This document shows, in pieces, positions 12,504 to 24,392 of a stretch of 64,000 nucleotides of DNA. Origin of the DNA: Octopus sinensis (taxonomy: Eukaryota); assembly GCF_006345805.1 (NCBI RefSeq), contig NC_043013.1:40796001-40860000 (forward strand), in the 5' to 3' direction. How positions within the stretch are numbered: the stretch's first letter is position 1; the number at the start of each line of letters is the position of its first letter. Both the position numbers and the translations under genes were made by a program. The notes beneath the pieces were generated by a model that saw nothing but the letters and a program-made list of their open reading frames with translations, made no database searches and was not told where the DNA came from.

Positions 12504-13314
12504 TAGAGATAAGCATGTTAGACAGATCAATATATAAAGTGTGTTAAATACATGAAACCAAAAAAAGAAATGTATATTTATATGTATACATATAAAAAGG
12601 CCCGACTTACACAGAATACAAATTATATGGAGAATTAAAGGGTTTGAGGAAAAGTATTACAAATCCAACAGCTATTATTTCTTGGGGCTCTTTTACTTCT
12701 CTACATACTTTAATAATCTCCCTCAGGAATCGAACTAATCATCTTGCTTCCCTCAGATAATGGCCATTCCCATTTCTCAATATCTCAAACATAAGTTCTA
12801 TTATCTATATAGAAGCCTAACACAACTGACTATCATTCACATACTACCTACTCCACCCTCCCCTCATCCTCCTACCGCTACTGCCGCCACCACCCTCTTT
12901 ATTAACTCTTGAACTATATTTTCCCTCTTGAACTATATTTTCTCCTCTCATTATTCGCTATCTAAATACCTCCCCTGATTCCCCCCTCTAATACACTTAG
13001 CTCTCCACATTCAATCATTCCATCTTCAAACTTCTTTCCTTTTAATATCTGAAATGTATGATCTCTTCCCTGAAGACAGAGGCTCATCACATCAATCTAC
13101 AAACATTAGAATCTATCTACAAACATTATTATGGATCATCAAGTCCCCAGAAACAGCTGTTGGATTTGTAATACTTTCCCCTCAACATTTTTAATTCTCC
13201 AGATAATTTATATTCTGTATAAATCGGACCTTTCTTTATTGTTTACATATATACATTTATTGTATTTCATGTATTTAATATACTTTATATATTGATCTAA
13301 CTTGCTTATCTCTA
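12504..13314. mobile_element. Inverted-repeat element (~185-bp diverged arms), Penelope-like pLTR relic suspected
   Basis: 12504-12690 is the approximate reverse complement of 13141-13314; lies between (TA)n tracts; hammerhead-like motif enters the right arm. Confidence 0.55.
13067..13164 (+). ncRNA. Degenerate hammerhead-like motif with long insertion at stem II
   Basis: TCC-CTGAAGA-[73 nt]-GAAAC-AGCT-GTT-GGA; palindromic ACAGCTGT stem III; stem I only 3 bp. Confidence 0.35.
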
Positions 13315-13429
13315 TATCTACTTCTCTGCCTGCTCAAGTTTAAATTTCTTGAACACTACTAAGTGTATTCTGTACAAAGAATATCTGGATCTCATACATG
13401 AACTACATACATATATATATATATATTAT

Positions 13430-13470
<41 letters not shown>

Positions 13471-15174
13471 CAAAATAATTGAGATTCAGATGAATTAGGT
13501 ACTTAAGTTGAAGCACTGAAAATTAGTGCAGTATTAACCGTACAACTTCAAAATAAGGCGTACAAAGAGTTGGTAAACAAGACTAATAAATTAAAACTGA
13601 ACCAAAATCAATGACAAGCTATGGCCCTAACAATTTCTTTTTCCTGATGTCTTAGAAGCTTCTAAGCTGAAGTGAAAAAGCATGGACTTTGTCTGTTTTC
13701 TTACACTCTTAGAGGATTTAAGTAAAATTATACAAATATGTGTGACTGATTAAACAAATTCTATTTATTTATTTATGCAGCTGAGGATAGCCCTGCATTT
13801 AAATTGATGTCAAGATTGCATTGTTCAATTAAATGGAGTTGCTTGAAACGGTCATAGGGCATCACCTCTGGATATCCTGTTGCTTATTTTGATTATATAT
13901 ATATATACATACACACATACTCAGCTGTAAATGGGTAACCCTATGATAGAATAGCCTTATGATCAGGAGCAATGTTGGCATCATTCAAAGGCTGAAACAA
14001 TGTGAAGCACATTGTGACCAGCGATGTATAACAGTATCTGATAGTTCGATCAACACCATGATACTGTGATATATACATAAATACATACATACCTGTATGT
14101 ATATTTAAGTTTGTCATCATTTGAGGACTAGTGTAGGTTTGTTTACATCCTCATAAATTAGCAGTTTGTCAAAGAGAAAAAAAGGAGACTGCTAGGATAA
14201 GTATCATGCTTAAGATAAGTATGGTGGGGAGGTAAATCTCATCAACTGAAAAAAAAAAAGACCCCTTAAGATGGTGCTCCAGCTAATCCACAGTCCAACA
14301 ACTGTAAAAAGTAAAAAAAAAACAACTGACTACATATAAGCTTTCTCATTGGTTAGTTAGAGTTCGTTTCCTAGTTAATGTTGTCTATTCACTTTTCTGA
14401 TGTCATTTATTTGTACCTCCTACATGAAAAAAGAAAAAAAAATGAAATAAATGACACACCTTTTTTCCATTCAGCAGTGAAATATCTTACACTTGACTGT
14501 TCCTATTATTTACTTAATAATAAAAATAATAATAATAACAACAACAACAACAATGTAAAATATATCCAGGAGTATTTTGTGTTGATGAAAGATATATTAT
14601 GTGTGACTGAAATATTATGGACATATATTATTAGTCTCAGGGAAATATTCAAATATAGCAATATTTGGATATTTCCCAGAGACTAAAAAAAAAAGAAGTC
14701 ATTACTTCAGGGCATTGGATCGGGAGGATCAGTAGAGCACTGGATGTAATGACTAACAAATATTCTGTTGGGACCTGCCACTAAGTGTTCAGTTCCAATC
14801 CTGACCTTGTTTTTCATCCTTCAGGTAATAATAAAATAAAAATACTAGAGGTTGGTCCATATTACTGTCATGTATCCTTAGAAGTGAGTGGAATGCAAAT
14901 TGATCCTTAAGACTATTCCTCCGAACCATAGTTTGCAATTTCAGCCAAGTGGAGAGTCAAACAAAGCACTTCACAGTATCTATTCCAGCTCTTTAAATTC
15001 TATGTTCAAATACTGCTGAAGCCAACTTTGTCTTTGGTTTTTTTTTTTTTAATTTTTGTGGGGGGTGATGAAATGAAATACCAGTTAAGTACTGGAGACA
15101 ATACCATCAGCTAATCCCACAACACTAAATTTCAAGCCTTTGTGCATATGCAAGAAACAATTATCATCATCATC

Positions 15175-15514
15175 AGCACCTCCACCTTAGTGAAGGCGGA
15201 GGTATTGTTTTCAGTCGTGTTTGTTTGTTTGCTTGCTTGTTTGTGCATGGACAAGGTAACTCAAAAACCGCTGGATGGATTTGGATGAAAATTTCAGATA
15301 TGTTTGGCTTCGTAACTGGTACAAACTGATTAGATTTTGGGATCCTGATTTTTTTTTAACTTTTGAAAGCTGTTGGATTCATTTTCAGTATTCTCGTTTC
15401 TGAGAGCAGTCGAGGTTATTTTTTCGGGTATTCTCATGTTAAAAGTCATCTCCGGCTAATTGCTGAGAGAATGTTGGTGTTGCCTTGGTGGAGGTTTGTG
15501 CTCTCTGAGTGCTC

Positions 15515-15516
<2 letters not shown>
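15175..15516 (+). mobile_element. Helentron-associated HINE/DINE-1-like element
   Basis: 5' ACCTCCACC..GGCGGAGGT, (TTTG)n, GGATTTGGATGAAAATTTC, 3' subTIR GGTGGAGGT followed by hairpin GTGCTCTCTGAGTGC. Confidence 0.7.
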
Positions 15517-15546
<30 letters not shown>

Positions 15547-16045
15547 TATAGTGTGCCAGGTGGTGAGCTGATGGAATTGTTACCATGCTATACAAAATGC
15601 TTAGTGACATTTCACCAGTCTTCACTTTCTGAGTTCAAATTCTGCTGAGGTCGACTTTGGCTGTCATCCTTACAGGATTGATAAAATAAGTATCAGTTTA
15701 GCACTGGGATTGATGGAATTGATTATCTCTCTCTTCTACTATAGGCACAAGGCCTGAAATTTTGGAGAAGATTATCATTGTTAGAGTGAATGATCCTAAC
15801 TATAAGTATGCACCTGTAGATTAGAGATCAACAATTGGCAAACGTTTGTGCCTTTAGTGGTCAGGATAATCCTGGATCCGTGGTATTCCTTAATTGATCT
15901 TAGTTGGAGTTTCTCCTGTATCAGGAGGACTGCATCATTCATGTTCTCACATACTTTCTATAATATGTATACTTTTATTGCATTTTACCATCTTTCCATT
16001 TCTTTCTCCTCGTCGTTTATGTAACCCACCACACAAATTATTGAC

Positions 16046-16270
16046 TGGCCACAGTCAAATGACTGAAACAAGTAAAAGAGTGTGGCCATGCTGGAGCACT
16101 GCCTTTAGTCGAGCAAATCGACCCCAAGACTTATTCTTTGTAAGCTTGGTATTTATTCTATTGGTCTCTTTTGCCGAACTGCTAAGTTACGGGGACGTAA
16201 ACACACCAGCATTGGTTGTCAAGCGATGTTGGGGGGACAAACACAGACACACAAACATACACACACACAT

Positions 16271-16317
<47 letters not shown>

Positions 16318-16492
16318 TATACACACACATATACGATGGGCTTCTTTCAGTTTCCATCTACCAAATCTACTCACAAGGCTTTGGTTGGCCCGAGGCTATA
16401 GTAGAAGACACTTGCCCAAGGTGCCACGCAGTGGGACTGAACCTGGAACCATGTGGTTTGTAAGCAAGCTACTTACTACACAGCCACTCCTG
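16046..16492 (-). mobile_element. SINE family A with inverted 3' tip
   Basis: 16081-16492 is a normal minus copy; terminal ~35 bp lie in plus orientation at 16046-16080. Confidence 0.85.
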
Positions 16493-16719
16493 TTAATATC
16501 TTGGTGTTCTATATTTATTATCATTAGGCGAATTAGCAAAATAGACAGTATGCCAGACAAACTGCTTTGCCACATTTCTTCCGGGTTAACATTTTGTGTT
16601 TAAATGTCACCAAGATAAACTTTGCTTTTCACTCACCTGGGATTAATAAAATAAAGTGCCAATCAAATACTGGGGTTGAGGTAATTGACTCACCCCTTCG
16701 CTGGCCCTGTGCAAAGAAT

Positions 16720-17035
16720 ATATGCCTATAGATTGCAGAACAACAGTTGGGTGAAGACTTGTGTCTTTGGTGCTCAAGGTAATCCTGGATTTGTGGGGTT
16801 CCTTGTTTGGCCCTAGTCAGAGACTCTCCTGGATCAGGAGAACTACATCATTCATGTATGTACATAATTTGCATACTATGAATATTTTATCCCATTTCAT
16901 CATCTTTTCCCTTTCTCTCCTCTCATCTTTTATGTAAAACCTCACACAAATTGTAAACTGTCTTTGTAAAGAATCCCTTATCTAATGCCCCTGTAGCAAA
17001 TCAAATAAATTATTATTATTATTATTATTATTATT
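16720..17035 (+). repeat. Retroelement-like 3' end with (ATT)n tail; diverged second copy at ~15790-16040
   Basis: Shared GGATAATCCTGGAT..CTCCTG(T/G)ATCAGGAG.ACT.CATCATTCATGT..TTTATGTAA..CACACAAATT. Confidence 0.55.
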
Positions 17036-17037
17036 AG

Positions 17038-17430
17038 AAGGCAGTGAGCTGGCAGAGTCATTAGCATGCTGAGCAAAATGCTTAGCCGCATTTTGTTCGT
17101 CTTTATGCTCTGAGTTCAATTTCCGTTGAGGTCGACCTTACCTTTCATCCTTTGAGGTCAATATGAACAAGTTAAACACTGGAGTTAGTGTAATTGACTA
17201 CTCGCTCCCACAAAATTGCTGGCCTTGTGCCAAAATTTGAAGCCATTATTATTATTATTATTATTATTAGAGTAGTGATCTGACAGAATTGATAACATGC
17301 TAGATTAAATTCTTAGTTTTATTTCATCTGTCTTCACATTCAGAGTTCAAATACTGCCGAGGTCGACTTTACCTTTTGTTCTTTCAGGGTTGATGAAAAA
17401 AAGTACCAGTTGAACACTGGCAATGAAGTA
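17038..17430 (+). mobile_element. Two tandem SINE family B copies
   Basis: Family B motifs, joined by (ATT)n at ~17245-17270. Confidence 0.75.
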
Positions 17431-17470
17431 ACAAGTGTCTTGATGACAAGGATAATAATAAGTCATTTGT

Positions 17471-17791
17471 GAAGGCGCGTGGCTTAGTGGTTAGGGCATT
17501 CGACTGACGATTGTAAGGTCGTGAGTTCGATTCCTGGCGATGCGTTGTGTCCTTGAGCAAGACACTTTATTTCACGTTGCTCCAGTCCACTCAGCTGGCA
17601 AAAATGAGTTGTACCTGTATTTCAAAGGGCCGGCTTTGTCACACTCTGTGTCACGCTGAATCTCCCTGAGAACTACATTAGGGGTACTTGTGTCTGTGGA
17701 TTGCTCAGCCACTTGCATGTTAATTTCATGAGCAAGCTGTTCCGTTGATCGTATCAGCTGGGACCCTTGTCGTCGTAACCGACAGAGTGCT
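17471..17791 (+). mobile_element. SINE family C, full length
   Basis: A box TGGCTTAGTGG, B box GAGTTCGATTCC, CTTGAGCAAGACACTT core-like segment. Confidence 0.85.
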
Positions 17792-18233
17792 CCTTTAATA
17801 AGTCATTTCTACTACAGGCATAAGTCCTGAAATTTGGGGGGAAGTTACCTCATCGATTACATTTATATCATTTCACACATTTTGACCATCGTACTAGCAT
17901 GAGTTAGGCATTCTTTTTAATTTTACTTGCCCACTTATGATATAAAAAGTAAATCCATCAAAATATCTTGGTAGGAGTAAATGACAGAAGCAGTAGACAG
18001 CTGTGCTAGATAACTTAGCTGCCTTCATTGAACTCACCTACAATCAAAGCTCTTCCAGTCTTATATTCTTAATCTCTAAGACTACCTTAACTATTGATAT
18101 TATTTCTCTGTTGATGGTAGGGCATGATTTGAAAGAGATTTGGCTGCTATCTTTCATAGATTTTTACATCCATGTAAAGGCCTCACGTGTTGACTCGGAT
18201 ATTATTTTGATGTAATTACACATCTGTAGAGTA

Positions 18234-18452
18234 CAGTAATCCCTCGACTATCACAGGTGTTATGTTTCAAAAGCCCCTGTGACAGGTTAAAATCCGCAAA
18301 GTAGAAACAGTACTGTATATTTTTTTAAAATTGTTTTTATAATTTGTATATATCTATTTTATCATAAATGCAAAACAACACCACGGAGGAATTGACGTAA
18401 GCTTAAATAATAAATCGCGATAGGTGAACCATGATATAGCAAGGGATTATTG
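18234..18452. mobile_element. Tigger/pogo-like MITE (copy 1)
   Basis: TA|CAGTAATCCCTCGACTAT...ATAGCAAGGGATTATTG|TA; second copy at 54682-54906. Confidence 0.8.
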
Positions 18453-18743
18453 TACTTTGATGAGTACATTAATCAGGTGTGTTACCAGTTATCTTAACAA
18501 ATAGGTGCGACCAAACAGAAAAGGACAAAGTCACTCATCAGTAACAAAAATAACCATTGATTGACTCACATGAAACAATAAAGGGTGGTGGTCTATTTTG
18601 TGCTAGACATAGTAGCTAAACCTTCCTTAATTCACATCTTACTATGTTACAAATAAGTTAATGGTAGCAGGCCATGTTGGGTAGTGCAAGTACTGGATAT
18701 ACAAGAAAGTCATGGTTGGAGCAACTTTTATCACATGTGTCTA

Positions 18744-18889
18744 CATAGGCTCAGGAACAGAGGCCACAGGGAGTGTGCTGACACCTGCGGAATTTTTGTT
18801 TGGTGGATGGGAGTAATGAAAATGCTTTGAGCATCTTGTGTTGGATTTGGGTTTGCATTCCTTAAGCAAATTCTGTTCCTGTACTTATG
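18744..18889. mobile_element. hAT-type MITE related to 9357-9628
   Basis: CATAGGCTCAGGAACAGA / TCTGTTCCTGTACTTATG; shares GGGTTTGCA.TCC.TAAG.AAATTCTGTTCC; TSD not clear. Confidence 0.55.
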
Positions 18890-19463
18890 GGTCTCTTAAA
18901 GCTGAGCTGATCTGGAGCAAAACCACAACATAAAAATCAATAAGTGAATGAGGTAACTCTATGCAGTCATTATAACTGCTAGAAGTAGTAGCCAAAATCC
19001 TTCGAATCGCACCCTAACATTGTATGATGTATCTTAAAGAACACGTTATAAATGTTGTCATACCCCTCTCCCCATCCTCCCAAAAAAGACAGAATGGTCA
19101 AAGTTAGAGAACTTTAGATTATGGGCTGCTCATCTGAAGCTTACCTGAAACTGAACAACAATAACAACAACAACAGCATGAAACAATATCTGTATGTTTA
19201 GGTGCCTATGGCTCTACATGGTTGCTCAACCTGTAGAAATAGCAGCCAAATTTCCTTTCATATCTTATCCTAGTGTTTTAAAAATAAAAATGTCAGATTA
19301 TAAAATATAGTCTGGGGTACACTATGCCTGAGGAGATTTTGATCATAAATCAGCTCAACCAAGGTGGACTTGGGCTTGACAGCAATACAAGCAACAGGTT
19401 TAAATTGAACAAATCGTTATAAACTTTTAAAAAATTCAACAATAAAAGTGACAGCAATATATA

Positions 19464-19512
<49 letters not shown>

Positions 19513-19670
19513 ATTCTTTTACTTGTTTCAGTCACTTGACTGTAGCCATGCTGGAGTACCATCTTAAAGGGTTTTAGTCAAAGAAAACAGCCTAGTACTT
19601 ATTTTATTGGTCTCTTTTGCTCAACTGCTAAGTTACAAGGACATAAACACACCAGCATCGGTTGTCAATA
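19513..19670 (-). mobile_element. SINE family A 3' fragment
   Basis: CTTTTACTTGTTTCAGTCA..CTAGTACTTATT..AAACACACCAGCATCGGTTGTCAA. Confidence 0.8.
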
Positions 19671-19679
19671 TATATATAT

Positions 19680-19711
<32 letters not shown>

Positions 19712-19778
19712 ATATTATATATATACATATTGTATATATTTATATAATATGTATATATCATATATTAAATGTATATAT

Positions 19779-19824
<46 letters not shown>

Positions 19825-19910
19825 GTGTGTGTGTGTGTGTGTGTATGTATGTATATTGTGTATACATATATATATTATATATATAGTGTACATATATAAT
19901 ATATAATATA

Positions 19911-20255
19911 GGTGCAGGTGTGGCTGTGTGGTAAGAAGCTTGCTTCCTAACCACATGGTTTCTGGTTCAGTCCCATTGCGTGGCACCTTGGGCAGGTGTC
20001 TTCTACCTTTGGAGTCACCAAAGCATTGTGAGTGAATTTGGTAGACAGAAACTGAAGGAAGCCTGGTGTGTGTATATATTTATGTGTGTGTGTGTGTGTC
20101 TGTGTTTGTCACCCCATCATTGCTTGACAGCCAAGCAAAAGAGACTGATAAATAAGTACTAAGCTTACAAAGAATAAGTCCTGGGGTTGATTTCTTCAAC
20201 TAAAGGCGGTGCTCCTGCATGGCCACAGTCAGATGACCGAAGCAAATAAAAGAAT
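19911..20255 (+). mobile_element. SINE family A
   Basis: GCAGGTGTGGCTGTGTGGTAAGAAGCTTGC..GGTTCAGTCCC..tail. Confidence 0.85.
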
Positions 20256-21559
20256 AGTACATATATGATACATACTATTTATATATAATATAGATATAGT
20301 ATACATATATTATTCACATATCATTTATAGATGTGTTATATATATATATAATAAGAGATATAGGAACAGGAAAAAATATACAATTGACAAAAAACTCTTA
20401 CTTCAAATGTCTTCAAAAGTTAAATGATATCCAAAGAATTGTCTTCAGAACTTTTCAATTGTTTTTGTCACCGAATATTCTATGGGTGGATCAAGTATGA
20501 GACAATCAAGAGACAAATACTAGTTCACAAGAAGAGATTTCTGTGAATGTCAAATATTATATATATATATGAAGATAAATACGTATGTATGCAGGTATGT
20601 CTATGCTGTCAATGTTTTGTCTTTATGTGTGTGGGAGGTGTTTATACGTAAATCTGTGAATGTAAATTTATGTTTATATATGTGCATGTGAGAGTGTGTG
20701 TGTGTGTGTGTGTGTGTGTGGTATATGTAAATAAGTAAATGTGTGTGAAAATAGTTTCTGGTGTGGATGAATTTAATATCGTAATCCAAGCTGCTACAGT
20801 GTTGAGTGTAAAAGAAAAGAGGGAGGGAGAGAGAGAGAGAGAGAGGGACAGACAAACAAACAGAGAGTGAGAGAAAGAGTTAGGGGTGTAGTCTACATGT
20901 CCACTTTCCTACCTGTTTACACCTGAGCAAGTTTTCCTGGAACTTATACAACACCAACACCCACCTAGTGCTCCCCAAACTGGATATAATGTCTCAGGCT
21001 GGGCCCCAGACTGTACTGAAGAAGTGACTGGGAACAATACGAATGTACTTTTGACCCAATAACAAATACTAATCAATTGATTTGTTTGAAAGAAGGGAAG
21101 AGAGAGAGGGAGGGAGGGAGAGCAGAACAGACAAAATGAGAATGTGCGTATTTGCGTATGTGCTATATCTGTCTCATGAAATGTAATATATGCTCATACA
21201 CATACAAGTCCTTAATGAGGAAAACTCTATGGTTTGTAAGGAATAGCATCCAAACAATACTCACATCACACCCAGTTGCCCCAAAGGCAGAGAGGCGGGG
21301 CTGATGAGAGAAGACACATTAGGCAAGGTAGTCCTCTATGCACAAAAAATATTGAATGCTCACAGCTGGAACCCTTTTGACCATTGGACCACTAACTAGA
21401 TAGATGTTAAACAAGAACAACACATAGTAAAAAAAGATGTTAATATATACAGAGAGGGAGAGAATGGGGGGAGAGAGAGACAGAGAGAGAAGAGATAGTA
21501 GGTGCAGTAGCACTAGGGAAATAAAAGGAGTATATACAGAAAAGCCACACACATATATA

Positions 21560-21928
21560 TACACATATATTGACAAATATATACATCGACAGATATATAT
21601 GTGTGGTTGTGTGTGTGGACACACACACACACAGTCAATTCAAATAAACAAACAATTGAAAGAAGTAAAAATATACAAAAAAAATAACGTGTACATATAT
21701 TGACAGATATATGTGTATGTATATATTTTTTAAATATATATATATATTTAAAAAATATATATACACACACACAGAGAGGCAAAGAGAGAGGAGAGACAGT
21801 GAAACATATGTAGTTATATATATACACAGAAAATACATATGTAAGTATATAATTACACACACACATAAAATATGTGTATATACATATAAGTATATATGTA
21901 ACTGAATCTCTATATACACACACAAATA

Positions 21929-21959
<31 letters not shown>

Positions 21960-22050
21960 TTATACACACACAGACAAATATATATATATATATATACACA
22001 TAGACACACACACATATGTATACACACACTCACACTCATTCATAAACACA
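21560..22050. repeat. Compound (CA)/(TA)/(GA) low-complexity tract
   Basis: Direct reading. Confidence 0.85.
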
Positions 22051-22483
22051 CAGGTAGGTAGATAATTATCTGTTTCTTAACTAAATATAGCTTTATCTTC
22101 ACTTATGCTTTATTTTCATACCATGTATAATGAAATAGTAAGTGTACTCTATACATAGGGGCATCGTATATACATAGATTCATGCATACATATATATGTA
22201 GACAACAAATACCTATATATATATATGATATATATATATGGGTAGATGAGTGTGCAAAATAACAACACAAGGGACAATAAAGGTATTCAGGGTATTTTGT
22301 TTGACAACTGAATCAATAATTTAAATGCTGACAACTCTCCATAGACCCACTCCTACCTTTGTTTTTCTCTCTCTCTCTCTCTGTCCTTCCCTCCTTCTCT
22401 TCTTGCTCTGTGATTATATATGCCAAAATCAAATTTTATTATTGTTACTTATCTGACAATAGTGCTTCTATCAATGGGTTTCT

Positions 22484-22575
22484 AATATATGTATATATGT
22501 GTATGTGTGTGTGTATATGTGTGTGTATATATATATATGTATGTATATATATATATATTATATATATATATATAT

Positions 22576-22606
<31 letters not shown>

Positions 22607-22645
22607 ATGTATATATATATATATAGATATATATATGTATGTATG

Positions 22646-22678
<33 letters not shown>

Positions 22679-22707
22679 ATGTTATATATATATTATATAT
22701 ATGTATG

Positions 22708-22745
<38 letters not shown>
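22484..22745. repeat. (TA)n/(TATG)n microsatellite
   Basis: Direct reading. Confidence 0.95.
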
Positions 22746-22748
<3 letters not shown>

Positions 22749-22963
22749 TTTATTCGTAATAAGATAAAAAAACCAAGGTTGTGTAGATTTTACAACATTT
22801 ATAGATAGAAGGTCTTACTGCTGTTTCCAGGATATTCATTATATCCCTTCATCAGGGACAGTGTGAGAGGATGGTTAAGGAATAGTTAATTTAGATAAAT
22901 CTATAAATGTTCTAAAATCTACACAGCCTTGTTTTTTATCTCATTACGAAATAAAATTTTTAT
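22742..22963. mobile_element. Palindromic element with ~65-bp arms in (TA)n
   Basis: 22742-22806 (ATAAATTTTATTCGTAATAAGATAAAAAAACCAAGGTTGTGTAGATTTT) mirrors 22895-22963. Confidence 0.75.
22811..22860 (-). ncRNA. Minimal type-I hammerhead-like motif
   Basis: GTCC-CTGATGA-AGGGATAT(AATGA)ATATCCTG-GAAAC-AGCA-GTA-AGAC; intact core, imperfect first pairs of stems I and II. Confidence 0.55.
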
Positions 22964-23419
22964 ATACACACACTGACATATGCCCAACGTTGAACCCCTT
23001 ATTCGCATAATCACCGAATCTGGAACTTAACTGCGGTCCATCTATAGCACTTATTCAGCATTACCTGAAACCTTTGGATCTCAATGACATCATTACCTCT
23101 CATAAGCTCCATTATATATATATATATATATATATAATAATAATAAAAGTCTTTTTTTTCCTATATTTTTACCTGAGTGAAACAATCAGACAGTTGACAT
23201 GGGTTGGATGGTTTGACAGGAGCTGGCCAGGCAGGAGCCTGCACCAAACTTCTGTGTCTGTTTTGGCTGGGTTTTTATGGCTGGACGCCCTTCCTAGTGC
23301 CAACCACCCAGCAGAGTGGCTCAAGGTTCAACTAAGGTTGTTTGTCATTTCTTCAAATAGTTCATTTTTGCCCTGTTTATATATATATATATCTACTGCA
23401 TACATATATAAATATATGC

Positions 23420-23929
23420 ATATGAATGAAGACATTTGTATCAAGAGGTGCCAATCTCTAATTGTAGAGGGAACATGTGGAAGGTGTAGACCCAGGAAGA
23501 CATGGGCTGAAGTGATGAGAAAGGATTTACAGATGTTGGGAGTCCCAGAGGGGATGACAGGGAACTGAGACTCCTGGCAGTCTGCTGTGCTTGAAAAGGC
23601 ATGTCAAGCTAAGTAAACACATGGTTGTCCTTGCAAACAGGCCTGTCCCCTGCATCACTCTCCAGTTGAGCTTTCTTAATCATGCAGGCTTGTGGGTACA
23701 GGGACCATGTAAAAAGCACCCATACCAGTGCCCAATTAAACACAATCATGCTGGTGTTCCATAAGAGTGCCCAATAGACTGTGTAAAGTGGTTGGCATTA
23801 AGATGGGCATCCAGCTGCAGAAACCTTGCAAAAACAAACATGAAACCCAGACAGCTCTTCAGTATGCCAGCTTCTGTCAAACCGTCCAACACATGCCAGC
23901 ATGGAAAATGAATGTTAAATGATAATGAT
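23420..23929 (+). mobile_element. RTE LINE 3' end
   Basis: IKRCQSLIVEGTCGRCRPRKTWAEVMRKDLQMLG, then family E-type UTR and (TGA)n-like tail. Confidence 0.8.
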
Positions 23930-23940
23930 TATATATATAT

Positions 23941-24310
23941 ATTGGTAAAAATGGTAAGATAACAAAAGAAAGAAAGAGACCTCAATATTATGTAAATAGA
24001 GATGGCCAGATAACCGAAGAGATGGTGTTGTGGATTTCCACTTCGGCATCTGAAACTCAGAGTTTTATCTTGACTATTGAGTAATTGTAACATAGTATAT
24101 TATATATATATATATATATGTAAATTAATATGTGACAATTATTCAATAGCCAAGATAAAACTCTGCGTTTCGGATGTCGAAGTGGAAATCCACAACACCA
24201 TCTCTTTGGTTATCTGGCCATCTGGTTATTGAATTTACAGATAAATTTCCTCTATTTACATAATATTGAGGTTTCTTTCTTTCTTTTGTTATCTTACCGT
24301 TTTTACCAAT
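23941..24310. mobile_element. Palindromic element (~150-180-bp arms, central (TA)n spacer)
   Basis: ATTGGTAAAAATGGTAAGATAAC... / ...GTTATCTTACCGTTTTTACCAAT; right arm has ~30 extra bp. Confidence 0.85.
24008..24070 (+). ncRNA. Minimal type-I hammerhead (U4C core variant)
   Basis: AGATAA-CCGAAGA-GATG..GTGGA/TCCAC..CATC-T-GAAAC-TCAGA-GTT-TTATCT; perfect 6-bp stem I; mirror copy on minus strand 24153-24215 (core CCAAAGA). Confidence 0.65.
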
Positions 24311-24392
24311 ATATATATATAATGTGTATATATGTGTGTGTGTGTGTGTGTGTATACACACATACATACATACATGCACCTAGTCGCATGTA

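Noticed and set aside
13505-13550. GTTG..GCACT/AGTGC..GTA-CAAC multi-stem reminiscent of a hammerhead skeleton
   Set aside because: Both CUGANGA and GAAA are absent; too speculative
15894-16463. 189-aa ORF and similar ORFs (34547, 41332, 48808, 54846)
   Set aside because: Antisense read-through of SINE family A; the same peptide (DGLLSVSVYQIHSQG..) recurs at every copy
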